Made by a program: the position numbers and the translations under genes. DNA of 63,893 bases, the filler included, from Octopus bimaculoides (taxonomy: Eukaryota), in the NCBI RefSeq assembly GCF_001194135.2. It is 7 parts of 7 records of this genome, joined end to end, with 100 filler letters (N's around TTAATTAATTAA, not from the genome) between each part and the next. Parts side by side here need not be neighbours in the genome. Positions count along the whole stretch, not along the records: positions 22,334 to 51,337 come from NC_068994.1; 6 more parts are not named here. One strand, written 5' to 3'. Under the pieces are notes generated by a model, which was not told where the DNA came from, made no database searches, and was given only the letters and a program-made list of their open reading frames with translations. Below, piece by piece: positions 37,706 through 50,280 of this stretch. The first letter of the stretch is position 1. Each line of letters opens with the position of its first letter.

Positions 37706-38063
37706 GCTGATCAATCTTCACTGAAGACAAGCTAACTTTTCTAGATGCACTTTTACCTATTATATTCCAATTTGGAAGTTAATACAAGCTATTCACTTAA
37801 TGGACAATAACTATTTTTAAGCTTTTTGCTTGTGCTCAATATTTTTGGAGACCTTATTTTTGATCTATGGCCAAATATTATGAAAAGCATTAAAATTTAA
37901 GAAAAAAAAATTAACAGTAAACACATAAACTGAATGTGTGATTGTCTTTTCAACTATTGCATGTATCAAAAAGCTATGACCAAAATACATTAATAAATAC
38001 AGTTTGTCCATAACTATTCATTATGTTTCCTTCTTGTTATATTGCCAATATTTAGTTAATTAC

Positions 38064-38127
38064 CAAAGAATTTAAAGAGATAACTAATAGTTCTATCATG
38101 GTCATAAATATTTTGTATACCATAAAT
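38064..38127 (-). CDS. 64-nt exon IYGIQNIYDHDRTISYLFKFF
   Basis: atag| ... TTG|GTAATT; open frame, phase 1 end. Confidence 0.55.
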
Positions 38128-39829
38128 CTATATCATATATATACTGTCATAAATATTTTACTTATATAACAATGGTTTTCTCTCTCTCTTTGTCTCTCTT
38201 CTTGATCTTTTTTTCCTGTTAACTGCTGACAGCCAACTTTATGGACAATCTTAGTGTTGAGCAGACCCAAGGCATTCCAACCACGACCATTTTGTTTTTT
38301 AATGAAGATCTTGGGATGACAATACCTAATGTACTCTTCTGAAACTGGTAGGTTTGACTGAAGGAGATTTGCCTGCTGTTTCTTTCTAGTAGGTTAAGTG
38401 AACATAGAAAAGATCCCTTGTTATCCATGTCAGAGTAAGTAAGTAGTTCTATGCTACCACTCCACATTATTCCATCATAAATTTTTCAATTCATTCCATG
38501 TCCAATGTTACAAGAGGTAGAATACAATAGGTAGCTATAAAATCAAATCTTACTATAATGATGCTTATGTATAAACTCCTTTTATCACACAAGTCAAAAC
38601 CCATACTGCTGCTAACTTGCAATACATTTTTTTCCTTGTTTCAGTCATTAGACTGCAGCCATAATGGGGCACTGCCTCGAAGAACATCTAATCCAACGAA
38701 TCGACTTATCTTTTTGTAAATTCTATTGGTCTCTTTTGCCAAATCACTAAGTTATGGGGACGTAAACACACCAAAAGCAGTTGTCAAACAGTGGTGGGGG
38801 TCAAACATGCACACAAAGATACATAGATACACACACACACACATGTATATATATGATGAGCTTCTTCCAGTTTCTGTCTGCCAAAGCCACTCACAAGGCT
38901 TTGGTCAGCCTGATGCTATAGAAGAAGGTACTTGCTCAAGGTGGTATAATCTTTCTAAATTATACAGCTATAGAATGACAAATATAAAATATGAGGAATT
39001 TCATTAAAATGCAAGACTAGATGAATCAAGAGGGCATCAACCTTTCGAATAAAAAAGTTTCATTCTACCATAAACCATATTTGATAGCATAAAAGACACA
39101 CTGGCTTATTAAATGCACCCCAATTTCTGCAGCATATTTCAGGAGAGAAAGTTTTTAGTGCATCAAAGCTGATATTGGAAAATGTCACTGATTTAGTCCA
39201 TTGTTACAATTTCTTTTACAGTAATAATATGTAATAATAATAATGTTTAAGTAAGTATTACTATTATTCTTATTATTGTTACTATGAAGGTGGTGAGTTG
39301 GCAGAATCATTAGCTGGGAAACATGCTGAGTGACATTTCTTCTGACTTTATGTTCTGAGTTCAAATACCACTGAGGTTGACTTTGCCTTTCATCCTTTTG
39401 GGGTTGATAAAATAAGTACAAGTTGAACACTGAGGTCAATGTAATTGACCTACCCCATCCCTGAAATTTTGGGGCTTCTGCCAAAATTTGAAACTATTAG
39501 TATTATTGGTATGAAGGCAGTGAGCTGGCAGAATTGTCAGCAGCTTTTCATCTGTCCTTGTTCTGAGTTCAAATGCTGCCAAGGTCGACTTTGCCCATCA
39601 TCCTTTTGGGATCGGTAAAATAATTACCAATTGAGCATTGGGGTCGATGTAATTGACTTAACCCACCCTTGAAATTTCTGGCCTTGTGCCAAAATATGAA
39701 ATCATTATTATTATGGAGTCTGGCTAAGTGAATTATAATTAAGTAGTGGGCATCAGGGACAAAAATCAACTTATGGGTGACCCAGTTTCACAATTAAAAT
39801 CTAGGGTCATTTTATGAGACTTTATTTGG

Positions 39830-40090
39830 AAAGAAAAATGCGAATTTTATGTCATCAAATACACTTAAGTACTCTACTGTTTCAATAGCAAATATAAGCA
39901 TGAATAGCCAAATTCACCAACCTATAAATAGGCAATAGTTGATCAAAGAAGAAAATGATCCCACCACCTTCAAATGAAACTTGGACAAGTTTCTTCAAGG
40001 GATACCAGATAAGCCACCTATACTAGGATACATATCAGTCAACAACTCCATACTTAAATGGGCCATGATACAACAAAACTTGACTTAAAA
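39830..40090 (+). mobile_element. CR1/L2-like LINE 3' end
   Basis: TFK*NLDKFLQGIPDKPPILGY resembles the FKxxLDKFL..IPD.P terminus. Confidence 0.55.
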
Positions 40091-40251
40091 ATGACTTAAC
40101 AAATCCTTTCAAGTGGTGTTATTAAATTAGATGTGGCTTGGCCAAAATATATCTAAGTTATCAAAGTAGTCTCAACTAATGAAAAGTAAACCGGTTATGA
40201 TTAAGTTATGAGTATCTCATTAAAAACATCACAATTTAACCTTTTTGTTAC

Positions 40252-40269
40252 CATTTCAGTTGTTGGAAA
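40252..40269 (-). CDS. Tentative 18-nt microexon FPTTEM
   Basis: gtttctgcacag| ... ATG|GTAACA, phase 0-0. Confidence 0.3.
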
Positions 40270-40943
40270 CTGTGCAGAAACATATCATAAGTATGTGCAT
40301 GTGTGTGTGTACATGGGAATGTGTGCGCATGTGTGTGTGCATGTATGTGTATACATGTGTGCGTGCATGTGAGTGCATATGTATGTGCATACATCAATTC
40401 AAAATAAGATAATGGAACATAAACAAGAACAAAATTTTCAAAAAAAGATATATTCAAAATGATAGAAATGTTCAAGCATTCAAAACCCATAGCATGCATT
40501 TAAAACCCACAGCCTGCAAATAAAACCCATAGCCCACATATAAAACCCATATTCTGTAGGCATACAGCAAGCAATACAACTTACACCTCTCTCCATCTTT
40601 CTCAGTCAATAGCCAAAATCAAGTTTACTGCCTTCTTCTACTGTTTATTCTATGAAGTTACCCAACTACCCCCTACTTGTCTTGTACCATATTCCCTAAT
40701 AGTAGATGTTCTAGTGCTGTATTACAAAACCAACCATTTCATTTTCTATTTCTTGACAACTGCCCGAAGAGGTTTTTTGCTTTTTCTTTTTTGGAATGGT
40801 GAAACTTGAAGCAGATAAAGCTATAAATAATAGCATGTGAACATTGGGTTATAAACCCTTTGGGTACCAAAAGTCAAAGCTGCCCTCATTTTTTCTTAAG
40901 AGCTATAGTAACCACAACTGCACTATATACATGCAAATATTAC

Positions 40944-40991
40944 ATTAAGTGCTAAAAGCAAGATAAGGTTAATGGCCTTTAAAATAAATAG
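40944..40991 (-). CDS. Tentative 48-nt exon LFILKAINLILLLALN
   Basis: ctctttctgtag| ... AAT|GTAATA, phase 0-0. Confidence 0.3.
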
Positions 40992-41693
40992 CTACAGAAA
41001 GAGGTTTTGCATTCTGTATACAAAACATTGAACTAATGAGAATGTTAGAAGGAAATTGTTGGATAAAACTGTTACTGAAGTAAAAAAAAACAAAAAAAAA
41101 ACAAGAAAGTCAATGATTTTCCTACATTTCTTTATACTTTATTTTTAGCTTGTTTTTTTAGTTTCAAATCAAAACTGTAAATGTCTATAAACAGTTACTG
41201 TACTAAAAAACAAAAATCTACACCTTTAACCTTTTAGACCTGTGATGAAAAGTATTCTAGCCATGACACTCCCATCTTTTGGACCACATTATCTAATATG
41301 TTTTTGCCTTTTATACAGTCTGTCTAGTTTGATTTAAGGGAGAATTGGCTACTATTTTTAGCAAGTTGTGTGATCACATACAGGCTCCTCCAGTTTGCTT
41401 GTAAATGATATAACCAAATTGTGTGTTTATTTACAGATGGACTCTGTCAGGAAACCATATCCGGCCCAAAGATTCAACCTGTTGTGTGTCAAACTGACCA
41501 GATCCAACCTCTCACACCAACATACAATGTCATTCTAAAAATAAACAATCACTTCATCAAAATCTTGAAGCTACAAGATAATGCATGATTAATTCAAAAC
41601 AATGTAAATAAATACACAATACACTCAACAGAGAAATCTGAATGTTAAAGAGTGAAGAAAAAAAGTTATGAATTAAATTTTTACAATGGAGGA

Positions 41694-42088
41694 GGCGTAG
41701 GAGTGGCTGTGTGGTAAGTAGCTTGCTTACCAACCACATGGTTCTGGGTTCAGTCCCACTGTGTGGCACCTTGAGCAAGTGCCTTCTACTATAGCTTCAG
41801 GCCGACCAAAGCCTTGAGAGTGGATTTGGTAGATGGAAACTGAAAGAAGCCTGTCATATATATGTATATGTGTGTGTGTGTGTGTGCTTGTGTGTCTGTG
41901 TGTCTCCCCAACATCGCTTGACAACCGATGCTGGTGTGTTTATGTCCCTGTAAATTAGCAGTTTGGCAAGAGCGACCGATAGAATAAGTACTAGGCTTAC
42001 AAAGAATAAGTCTGGGGTCGATTTGCTTGACTAAAGGCGGTGCTCCAGCATGGCCACAGTCAAATGACTGAAACAAGTAAAAGAGTAA
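41694..42088 (+). mobile_element. SINE family A, full length
   Basis: Head, internal microsatellite and tail all present. Confidence 0.9.
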
Positions 42089-42104
42089 CTATACACATCT
42101 ATCT

Positions 42105-42527
42105 TTTACTTGTTTCAGTCATTAGACTGTGGCCAATCTGGGGCATTGCCTTGAAGAATTTTTAGTTGAATTAATCAACTCCAGTACTTATTTATTGTTA
42201 AGCTTGGTTCTCATTATATTGGACTCTTTTGTCAAACTGCTAAATTACAGAGCCGTAAACACACCAACACCAATTGCCAAGCGGTGGAGGGGGGACAAAC
42301 ACAGACACAAAGACACATACACACACACACATATATAGGATGGGCTTCTTTCAGTTTCCATCTAGGAGGTGTAGGAGTGGCTGTGTGGTAAGTAGCTTGC
42401 TTACCAACCATATGGTTCTGGGTTCAGTCCCACTGCGTGACACCTTGGGCAAGTGTCTTCTACTTTCGCCTCGGGCTGACCAAAGCCTTGAGTGGATTTG
42501 GTAGACGGAAACTGAAAGAAGCCTGTC

Positions 42528-42573
<46 letters not shown>

Positions 42574-42818
42574 ATATGTTTGTGTGTCTGTGTTTGTCCC
42601 CCCAACATCGCTTGACAACTGATGACACACACACACATATATAATATAGGACGGGCTTCTTTCAGTTTCCATCTACCATCTACCAAATCCACTCACAAGG
42701 CTATGGTCGGCTTGAGGCTATAGTAGAAGACACTTGCCCAATACACCATGCAGTGGCACTGAACCCTGAACCATGTGGTTGGGAAGCAAGCTTCTTACCA
42801 CACAACCATGCCTGTACC
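42105..42818 (-). mobile_element. SINE family A (minus) containing a nested plus-strand copy at about 42365-42625
   Basis: Minus tail, plus head/body, then minus head. Confidence 0.8.
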
Positions 42819-43744
42819 TAATTATAAATGAAATTTACCAAAGCACTTCTTTATATAAGGATGATTTGCTGACAAAGTTCATCTGTAATTAACTACGTAA
42901 TTTGGTCCATATCATTTACAAGAAAGCTGGAAGAGCCTGTATGTAATCACACGACCTGCTAAAAATAGTAACCAAATCTACCTTAAATCAAACTAGACAG
43001 AATGTCTTTTTTAAAAATAAAAGGAAGAACATCAATATCTATAAAACATATTAGATAATGTGCTCCAAAAGATGGGAGTCAGCTCAATTAAGATTGACCT
43101 AGGGCTAAACAAGAACAGTAATGACTTATAGAAGAGAGCATGTATAGAGTCACTCAAATTCCTACAAACAGGGACTAGTTTGCCCACAAATTAAACCCTA
43201 TTGGTTCTTTTTCTTTCTTTTTTTAAATGGCTGATATGATCTTAGGCACACAAATTTTGAGAGAACAGGTTGGTGATGATTGGGATGCTTACAATCCTGG
43301 ATTAGCTCAGCAAGGGTGAACCTGCGACTAAACAGCAACTTGATATTAAAGAAGGAAAAAAAGAAGCATTGGAGATTTGCAGTGAGTGAGTGAGTGCTTG
43401 AGTGAGAGAGAGAGAGAGAGAGAGAGNNNNNNNNNNNNNNNNNNNNNNNNNNNNNNNNNNNNNNNNNNNNNNNNNNNNNNNNNNNNNNNNNNNNNNNNNN
43501 NNNNNNNNNNNNNNNNNNNNNNNNNNNNNGTGTGCATGCATGTGTGTGGTGTGTGTATGTGCATGGTGCGTGTGTGTGCATGGTGTGTGTGTACGTATGG
43601 TACATGTGTGTGTGTGTATGGTGTGTGTGTGTGTGTGTGTGTGTGCATGCATAGAGGGTGCGCGTGTGCATGAGGTGTGTGTATGTACATGGGGGGTGCA
43701 TGGTGTGTGTGTGTGGGGGTGTATGGTGTGTCTTTCTTTCTCTT

Positions 43745-43974
43745 TCTTCTTTTATCTTTTACCTTTTTCAATCATTAGACTGCAGCCATGCTGGGGTACC
43801 AGCTGGAAGTATTTTTAGTGGAATGAATTGATCCTGGTACTTATTTTTTGTTTTAAAACTGGTACTTGGTTTATCGATCACTTTTGCTGGACCACTAAAT
43901 TATGGGGAAGTAAACACACGAACACTGGTTGTCAAGTGGTGGTGGGGGACAAACAGACACAACCACCCATACAC

Positions 43975-44058
<84 letters not shown>

Positions 44059-44200
44059 CAGGCTTCTTTCAGTTTCTGTGTACTAAATTCACTCACAAGG
44101 CTTTGGTTGACCTGAGGCTAGAGAAGACACTTGTACAAAGTATCACACAGTGAGACTAGACCCAGAACCATGTGGTTAGAAAGCAGCCGTGCCTGCACTT
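43745..44200 (-). mobile_element. SINE family A with expanded (CA)n
   Basis: Reverse-complement copy. Confidence 0.8.
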
Positions 44201-44689
44201 ATATATATATTATATAATTATTATCATTATTATTAAGACAACAAGCTGGCAGAATCATTAGCAGGCTGGATGAAATGCTTAGTGGTATTTCGCCAGTCAC
44301 TATGTTCTGAGTTCAAATTCTGCTGAGGCTGGCTTTGCCTTTCATCCTTTCAGGGTCAATGTAATCGACTTAACCCTTCCCCCCAAATTTCAGGCCTTGT
44401 GCCTATAGTAGAAAGGATTATTATTATTTGGCTGTCTGTTGTAGGTCAACATTGACTGTTCTTGAACAATAATCATCTCTGGTAGGCCTGCATGTGAGTT
44501 ACAAGGCTTGCTCTTGATCTGCAGCAGCGATGACATCTGATATAGTTGAAGCTACTTGGGAGCATGGCTAAGAAGTTTGCTTCACAATCACACAGTTACA
44601 GATTCAGCCCCACACCAAGTAACACCTTCAACAAGTAGCCCTGGGCTATGGAGACTTGTGAGTGGGTTTGATAGATGGAAAATGAAATA

Positions 44690-44720
<31 letters not shown>

Positions 44721-44854
44721 CGTACACACACACACACTTATATGACTAGTTGAATATCCTGTCGTTACCTGGCAATTTTCACAACAGAATGCCATTTTTT
44801 AGAAATAATACATTTCTAAATATCTCAGTGAGATTTATGCAGTAGTGATACGAA

Positions 44855-45032
44855 GAAGTAGTTGTATGCTGTCAACTTAATGTGGCAGTCCCTTCAAGGC
44901 AATAATACCACTGTTGGTTAAACCTAGGAAGCTGCACCACTTCCTGTCGGCCTTGACACATTTCCTGTGTCCTTTTAGGATTATTCCCTTCAAGGGACTG
45001 TCACATTAAGTTTGACAGCATACAACTACTTC
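44855..45032. mobile_element. MITE-like element with ~52-bp inverted repeats
   Basis: gaagtagttgtatgctgtcaacttaatgtggcagtccc.. pairs with ..gggactgtcacattaagtttgacagcatacaactacttc. Confidence 0.8.
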
Positions 45033-45615
45033 AGAATGCCTTTATTTCAATTTTTTTATATTTTCATGTCAGACAAGGTCTTCTCCAACAGATAGGCCTC
45101 TTGATCTTCATTAATTGGGACAATTTAAGTTTTTGTTTTTCCATTTGGTACATTGATGTAAAGATTTTCCTTAGCTCACTGCTGATACTTTGAGAGGATC
45201 TTTTGACTGCTACCCTAATGAAATTCCTTATACACATGCATACACTGATACATGCACACACACACGCACACAAACAAACATACCCACACACAGTGTGTGA
45301 ATGGTATACATGTCCAGAGAGTGTGTGGTAAAGAAAGTTCTTTTCTGCTGCTGCCACAGATTTTAGAATTTCAAAATTAAGCGAAAACTTTTAAATTTAG
45401 TATCTTGATGTACTTTTAATGCTGAATCCGATTTTGTAATTCATTTATTCTAGAAAAATTTTAGAAAGTATGATAATTTTTATTTAATCAGAAAACAGAA
45501 TTTAAAAGCTATCATTTTCTGCATGATAGCTGTCTATCACAAAATGAACGTAAAATATGATGAAGTTAAAAAAAAAAAATGAAAGCAATTACATGTCATA
45601 TCAAGAGTGAGAGAA

Positions 45616-45678
<63 letters not shown>

Positions 45679-46254
45679 GAGTGAGAGAGAAAGAGAGAGA
45701 GGTGGGGAGCAGCATATGTGAGAGATATACATATACAGAGGAAGAGAGTGATAAAGAATGTGGTAAATATATAAAGACACAGGAGACAGAGAGTGGTTGA
45801 TTTGACGATATATTTCTCATAGCAAATTCTATCCTTTGATTAATTATAACCAAAAACCTTGTTTTAGGGATGCAGGTTTTGAAAATCAAAACTGTTTTTG
45901 TCAAGGATGCACCATTTCAGAGCCTTTCCATAACATGTCCACATACATACACGCATATAGTAGATTATATGTACATGTGTGTTTAAGTTGCTTTGTTTTG
46001 ACATTGTGTAAATAGTTATAAATGAACAATAGTCATACAAGTGGTGTCATTAATTTCCAATATTCTGCGAAAACATGTCTGGATACAGGGAAAATATTTC
46101 CTTACTGGGAAGCAGGTTGGTGTTCACAACATAGAGGGCATCTGACCACAGAAAACCTGCCTCAAGAAAGTCCATCCCACCCATGTAAGCATGGACAAAT
46201 GGATATAATGATGATGATGAGGATATAACTACATATTTATATATTTTTTTTTTT

Positions 46255-46300
46255 ATTTATAGTTTCCGCCGAGAGCTGCGGCCATGCTGATACACCGCCG
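46255..46300 (-). mobile_element. SINE/LINE-type 3' tail joined to the 5S sequence
   Basis: ggcggtgtatcagcatggccgcagctctcggcggaaac plus A-rich end resembles the family A tail ggcggtgctccagcatggcc(a/g)cag. Confidence 0.7.
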
Positions 46301-46308
46301 TTAAAAAT

Positions 46309-46427
46309 TGAAAACAGCACCTAGGTTTCCCAAGCGGTCACCCATCTAAGTACTCACTAGGCTCGATGTTGCTTAACTTCGGTGGTCGGACAAGAACCGG
46401 TGCTCTCAGTGTGATATGGCCGTAAGC
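46309..46427 (-). pseudogene. 5S rRNA-derived sequence, diverged
   Basis: gcttacggccatatcac..gcaccggttcttgtccgaccaccgaagttaagc..agtacttagatgggtgaccgcttgggaa..ggtgctgt; A- and C-box regions recognisable, several helix mismatches. Confidence 0.9.
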
Positions 46428-49099
46428 AATAATCCACAGCAACTTCTCTTAAGTCTAATAATATCTATGTAAGCTGCTCAAATTAATAATATTGTATCTC
46501 AGTAATTCGCAAAATATGGGGAGATCTCCAGCAATTTCTTATTTCCACATCTCAACTGAAGCACTTTCAGAATATTTGGAAATAATACACTTATCAAATA
46601 AATTGTTTTTTAATCAGTTTAGATTGACAGCTAATCTAAATGATTTGAAAGCTGTGAGAAGATCAAGATTTCTTTTCATTCTCTAAATAACAAATTTAAT
46701 TTCTCCAAGTAAATAAGAAGATTCATCTGTAGCTGCTAGCTATAACTGAATAGCACAAAGTAAGTAATTACACTGTGTAGGAATGCAACAGAGAAGAATA
46801 AAACGTTTCAGACAATATTACTTCATCAAATGCAACAAATAGATAAGGAAAAAAGATGTTGCATAAAAAGTAGTGTCATTTACAGCTAAAGCACCAAGGT
46901 GACTGAAAGAATGGAAGTGAATAGGGAAGAAATGAGTGAACTAATGTTTTACATTCAAAACAGTGACAGCAAAGGGAAATAACCCAGAAGGCCATGGATT
47001 GGTTTAAGAGCTGGTTTACAGGAGTGAAGAGGCCTGCTATATGTGTATATGTAAGTATGTGCATGTAAAGAAGTCTATGTGTTTGTAAGGATGTGTAAAT
47101 GTGTGCATACATATGTATTATGGAGAATAGACGGTATAAAATTGTGTTTCAGACAGTGGGATGCTCACTTGTATTTTGTCTGCAGCATTGTTCTATACTA
47201 GTGGTTCCCAACGTTTTCACTACCAAAGACCTCTTCTAATATGCTTATCCTTATGTGTGTGTGTGTGAATTAATATACATGTGTATATTCACGTATGTAT
47301 ATTCAAGGTTTTTTTTTTATGTTTTGCAAGTACTTGGTGACCCAGTCAGTGCAGGTGCCACTGAAAAGCACCCAACCCACACTGTAAAGTGGTTGGTGTT
47401 TGAAAGGGCATCCAGCTGTGAAAACCTTGCCAAAACTGACCCAAATTTTGAAATTAGTTCACGGACTCCCAGTACTACCTTTGCGGACCACCAGCGATCT
47501 GCGGACCACCAGCGGTCTGCAGGCCACAGGTTGAGAACCACTGTTCTATATCATGGATCTCCTGTGATCACTTGCATCATGAACAACAATTAATTTTCTA
47601 TCCTAAAACAGCCCATCTAAATCAGATTCATAATTGCATCGCTTTCCTTCAATACCACTGTTTTCCTTCTTAACACAACCACACACTGATAAAAACTTCA
47701 TGTGCATTTCAACCCTGTCACTATACACACTCAAATACACAGTCTATTAAGACTTGTTCATACCTTCATACACACACATACACATAACATGCCTTTAACC
47801 CTACTCTTAAAGCTATCTATATTCTTCATATTCTTCTTACTATATTTTCCAGCTGTCACTCTTTTAAAAGTAAAACAACAATTTATCCAATTCTGTTCTT
47901 TCATTCACCATACAATTTTAGTTATAAACAGCACTACTTTTCACCCAACATTCTTTTCCTTTTCTGGTCTCTGATTTTCTCTTGATGAAGAACTACTGTC
48001 TAAAACGTTGCTCCACTGGCCTTCCACACTTCATAATTGTATACTTGTGTTTTGTAGGTTTTTTATTGGCTATTCTTGAAACTCTTTAGATATTCTATTA
48101 CTCACTAATGAAGACACCTGGATTTACATTATTATAACTTAATAGCAAGTGCCAACTTTTACAACCTTTATATAACAAATCACCAGTTACAAGTCATCAT
48201 GATGCTAACTAATGCAGTAGCCAGTTAGAGAAGCTAGTTTTCATATTTGAATAAATAAGAGGTATACTACCTCAGTGATAGATTAAATTTCAAACCTGAA
48301 AGGGCTATAGAACATTATTAATTGAAACATCACATTACCAAAATATAAATAATTCCCATCGCACACATACACACACACATTTACATTTACTTGTTAACAT
48401 CCTACCTGTAACTGAAATACAGCCTGCATGTTATTACACCATCATCAGGTGATCACTGAAGGTTTACAGAGCTACTTTGAAAGTGGTATAATAGCTTAAA
48501 ATATTTTCCATCTGACTATTATTCTCCTTATGATTGTATTTATTTTCTGTTTCTGAATACCAAAACAAAATAATGTTAAAAACCAAACAATATAAAAGAA
48601 AGAAAGAAACAACAACAACAACAACAGCAGCAGGAACAACAAAACAAGCTTCTTAGCTTATGTGAGAAATGAGTTTCCAAAATTGTACCCATTTAAAAAC
48701 TATCAACTAAAAGATGTTTTTTTAAAAATTTTTTGCTTTATTCTACATTTCCTCTAGATTCAGTTATGGTTGGTTTGTTGTTGATGTTAACTTTCAATGA
48801 AGAATTTTCCTCATTCTGACACGTTGTATGGTTTATGACTAGTTAGACAAAATATAAAGAATCTAAGAAAAGAATTCTAGGAAAGGTTAATAGGATAATC
48901 TAAACATTAAATACACTTCTTGGCAGATTGTGAAAACGAAATTACAACCTTACATAAAGGTTTTATTACAGATATACAAGGGTTATAAAGGGTTATATCG
49001 AAAGTAATTAAAAGCAGGCATAACTTTTTTATTAACTGAAATAGGTTATTTAAAATGCACATGCTGGTAGTGTAACTCTTCTTCCTATTCTTCACTGCA

Positions 49100-50165
49100 G
49101 GCAAATAATGGGTTCTAAGTGGAAGCAACAGGCCATCATTGAGTTCTTGATGAAGGAAGAGTGCAGGCAGTCTGACATTCTATAGAAAGCTACAGATTTT
49201 TTTTTTTTTTTTTACAGAGATGATGTTATTGACAAAAACAATGTGAACAGATGAATGAAGAAGTTTAAAGTTGAGAAAATCAGTACTGAAGACAAACCAC
49301 ACTGTAAGAAACCATCATATGGAACCACTGGCATGAATCAGCATAAAGTGGATGAATTTATATGCAGACAGATGTGTCACATTTCATGCAGTTGTTGCAC
49401 AATTGGACTCTGGTCACAAAGCATTGCTGAATAAGATAGACAATTCTGAGCACTGAAAAACGTGTGCAAATTGGGTACCTTGACAGTAGACACCTGATTC
49501 GAAAGAGAATTACTGCTCATTGCAACAGGCACCAAGAAGAATCTGTATGTCAACTGGTCTTATGGCAGCCAATTGAAGGAAAAAAATCAACAGGGGAAGA
49601 AAACGGCTAACCTATGTGGACAATTTGCTTCAGGACAGTGTTAAGGCAAATGTCGATGAATTTAGAACATGCATGGGGGACTGTAATGGATGGTGTGCTC
49701 ACGGGAAATCATTGAAGTATCCAGGGAGATGGTCAAACTAACAAACATGAAAAAGAGAAGGTTGAAAATCTGCTCTGATTTGCAGGAAGTATTTGAAGCT
49801 AATGAAGACATTTTTTTTGTCTCTGATCAGGTAACCGGGGATGAAATGTGGGCATTTCATTACAACCTGAAAGAAAGCTCAGTCCATTGAATGATGACAT
49901 ACCTCTTCTCCAAGACCTAAGAAGTTCAAGAGTCAGCAGCTCGAATAAAGTCATGGTAACTGAGAGATAACAAGAACATCCTCTCCCTTGATGTTTTGGA
50001 ACATGGCTGTACTGTGAACAGCAAACAATACACTGAGCCACTTGAAAAACTTGGAGAAAGATTTTTCTGGGATTAAACTTTGCTCCTCACACAAGAGAAG
50101 GTTTCATTGGTGTTCTGGGCCCCAGACAACACCATTTGAATAACAGCTGCAGTTATGCATTATAG
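49100..50165 (+). mobile_element. Degenerate mariner transposase
   Basis: KQQAIIEFLMKE.., VTGDEMWAFHYN.., KVMV.., LDVLEHGCTVNSK; many stops and frameshifts. Confidence 0.8.
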
Positions 50166-50188
50166 GACTTTAAAAGTTAAATAATATC

Positions 50189-50280
<92 letters not shown>

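Noticed and set aside
41126-41174. Exon-like segment with AG/GT ends
   Set aside because: 49 nt with stop codons in all three frames.
42839-42882. Candidate exon MNFVSKSSLYKEVL (also 48271-48295 GLKFNLSL)
   Set aside because: Plausible splice sites but no phase-compatible neighbour found; left unresolved.
46309-46427. Functional 5S rRNA gene
   Set aside because: Single dispersed copy with helix-breaking substitutions and a retroposon tail; recorded as 5S-derived.
47978-48010. Hammerhead-like remnants (ttgatgaag..aaaacg; also ~51160 and ~59565)
   Set aside because: Core nucleotides are mutated or stem II cannot form; at best decayed Penelope ends.
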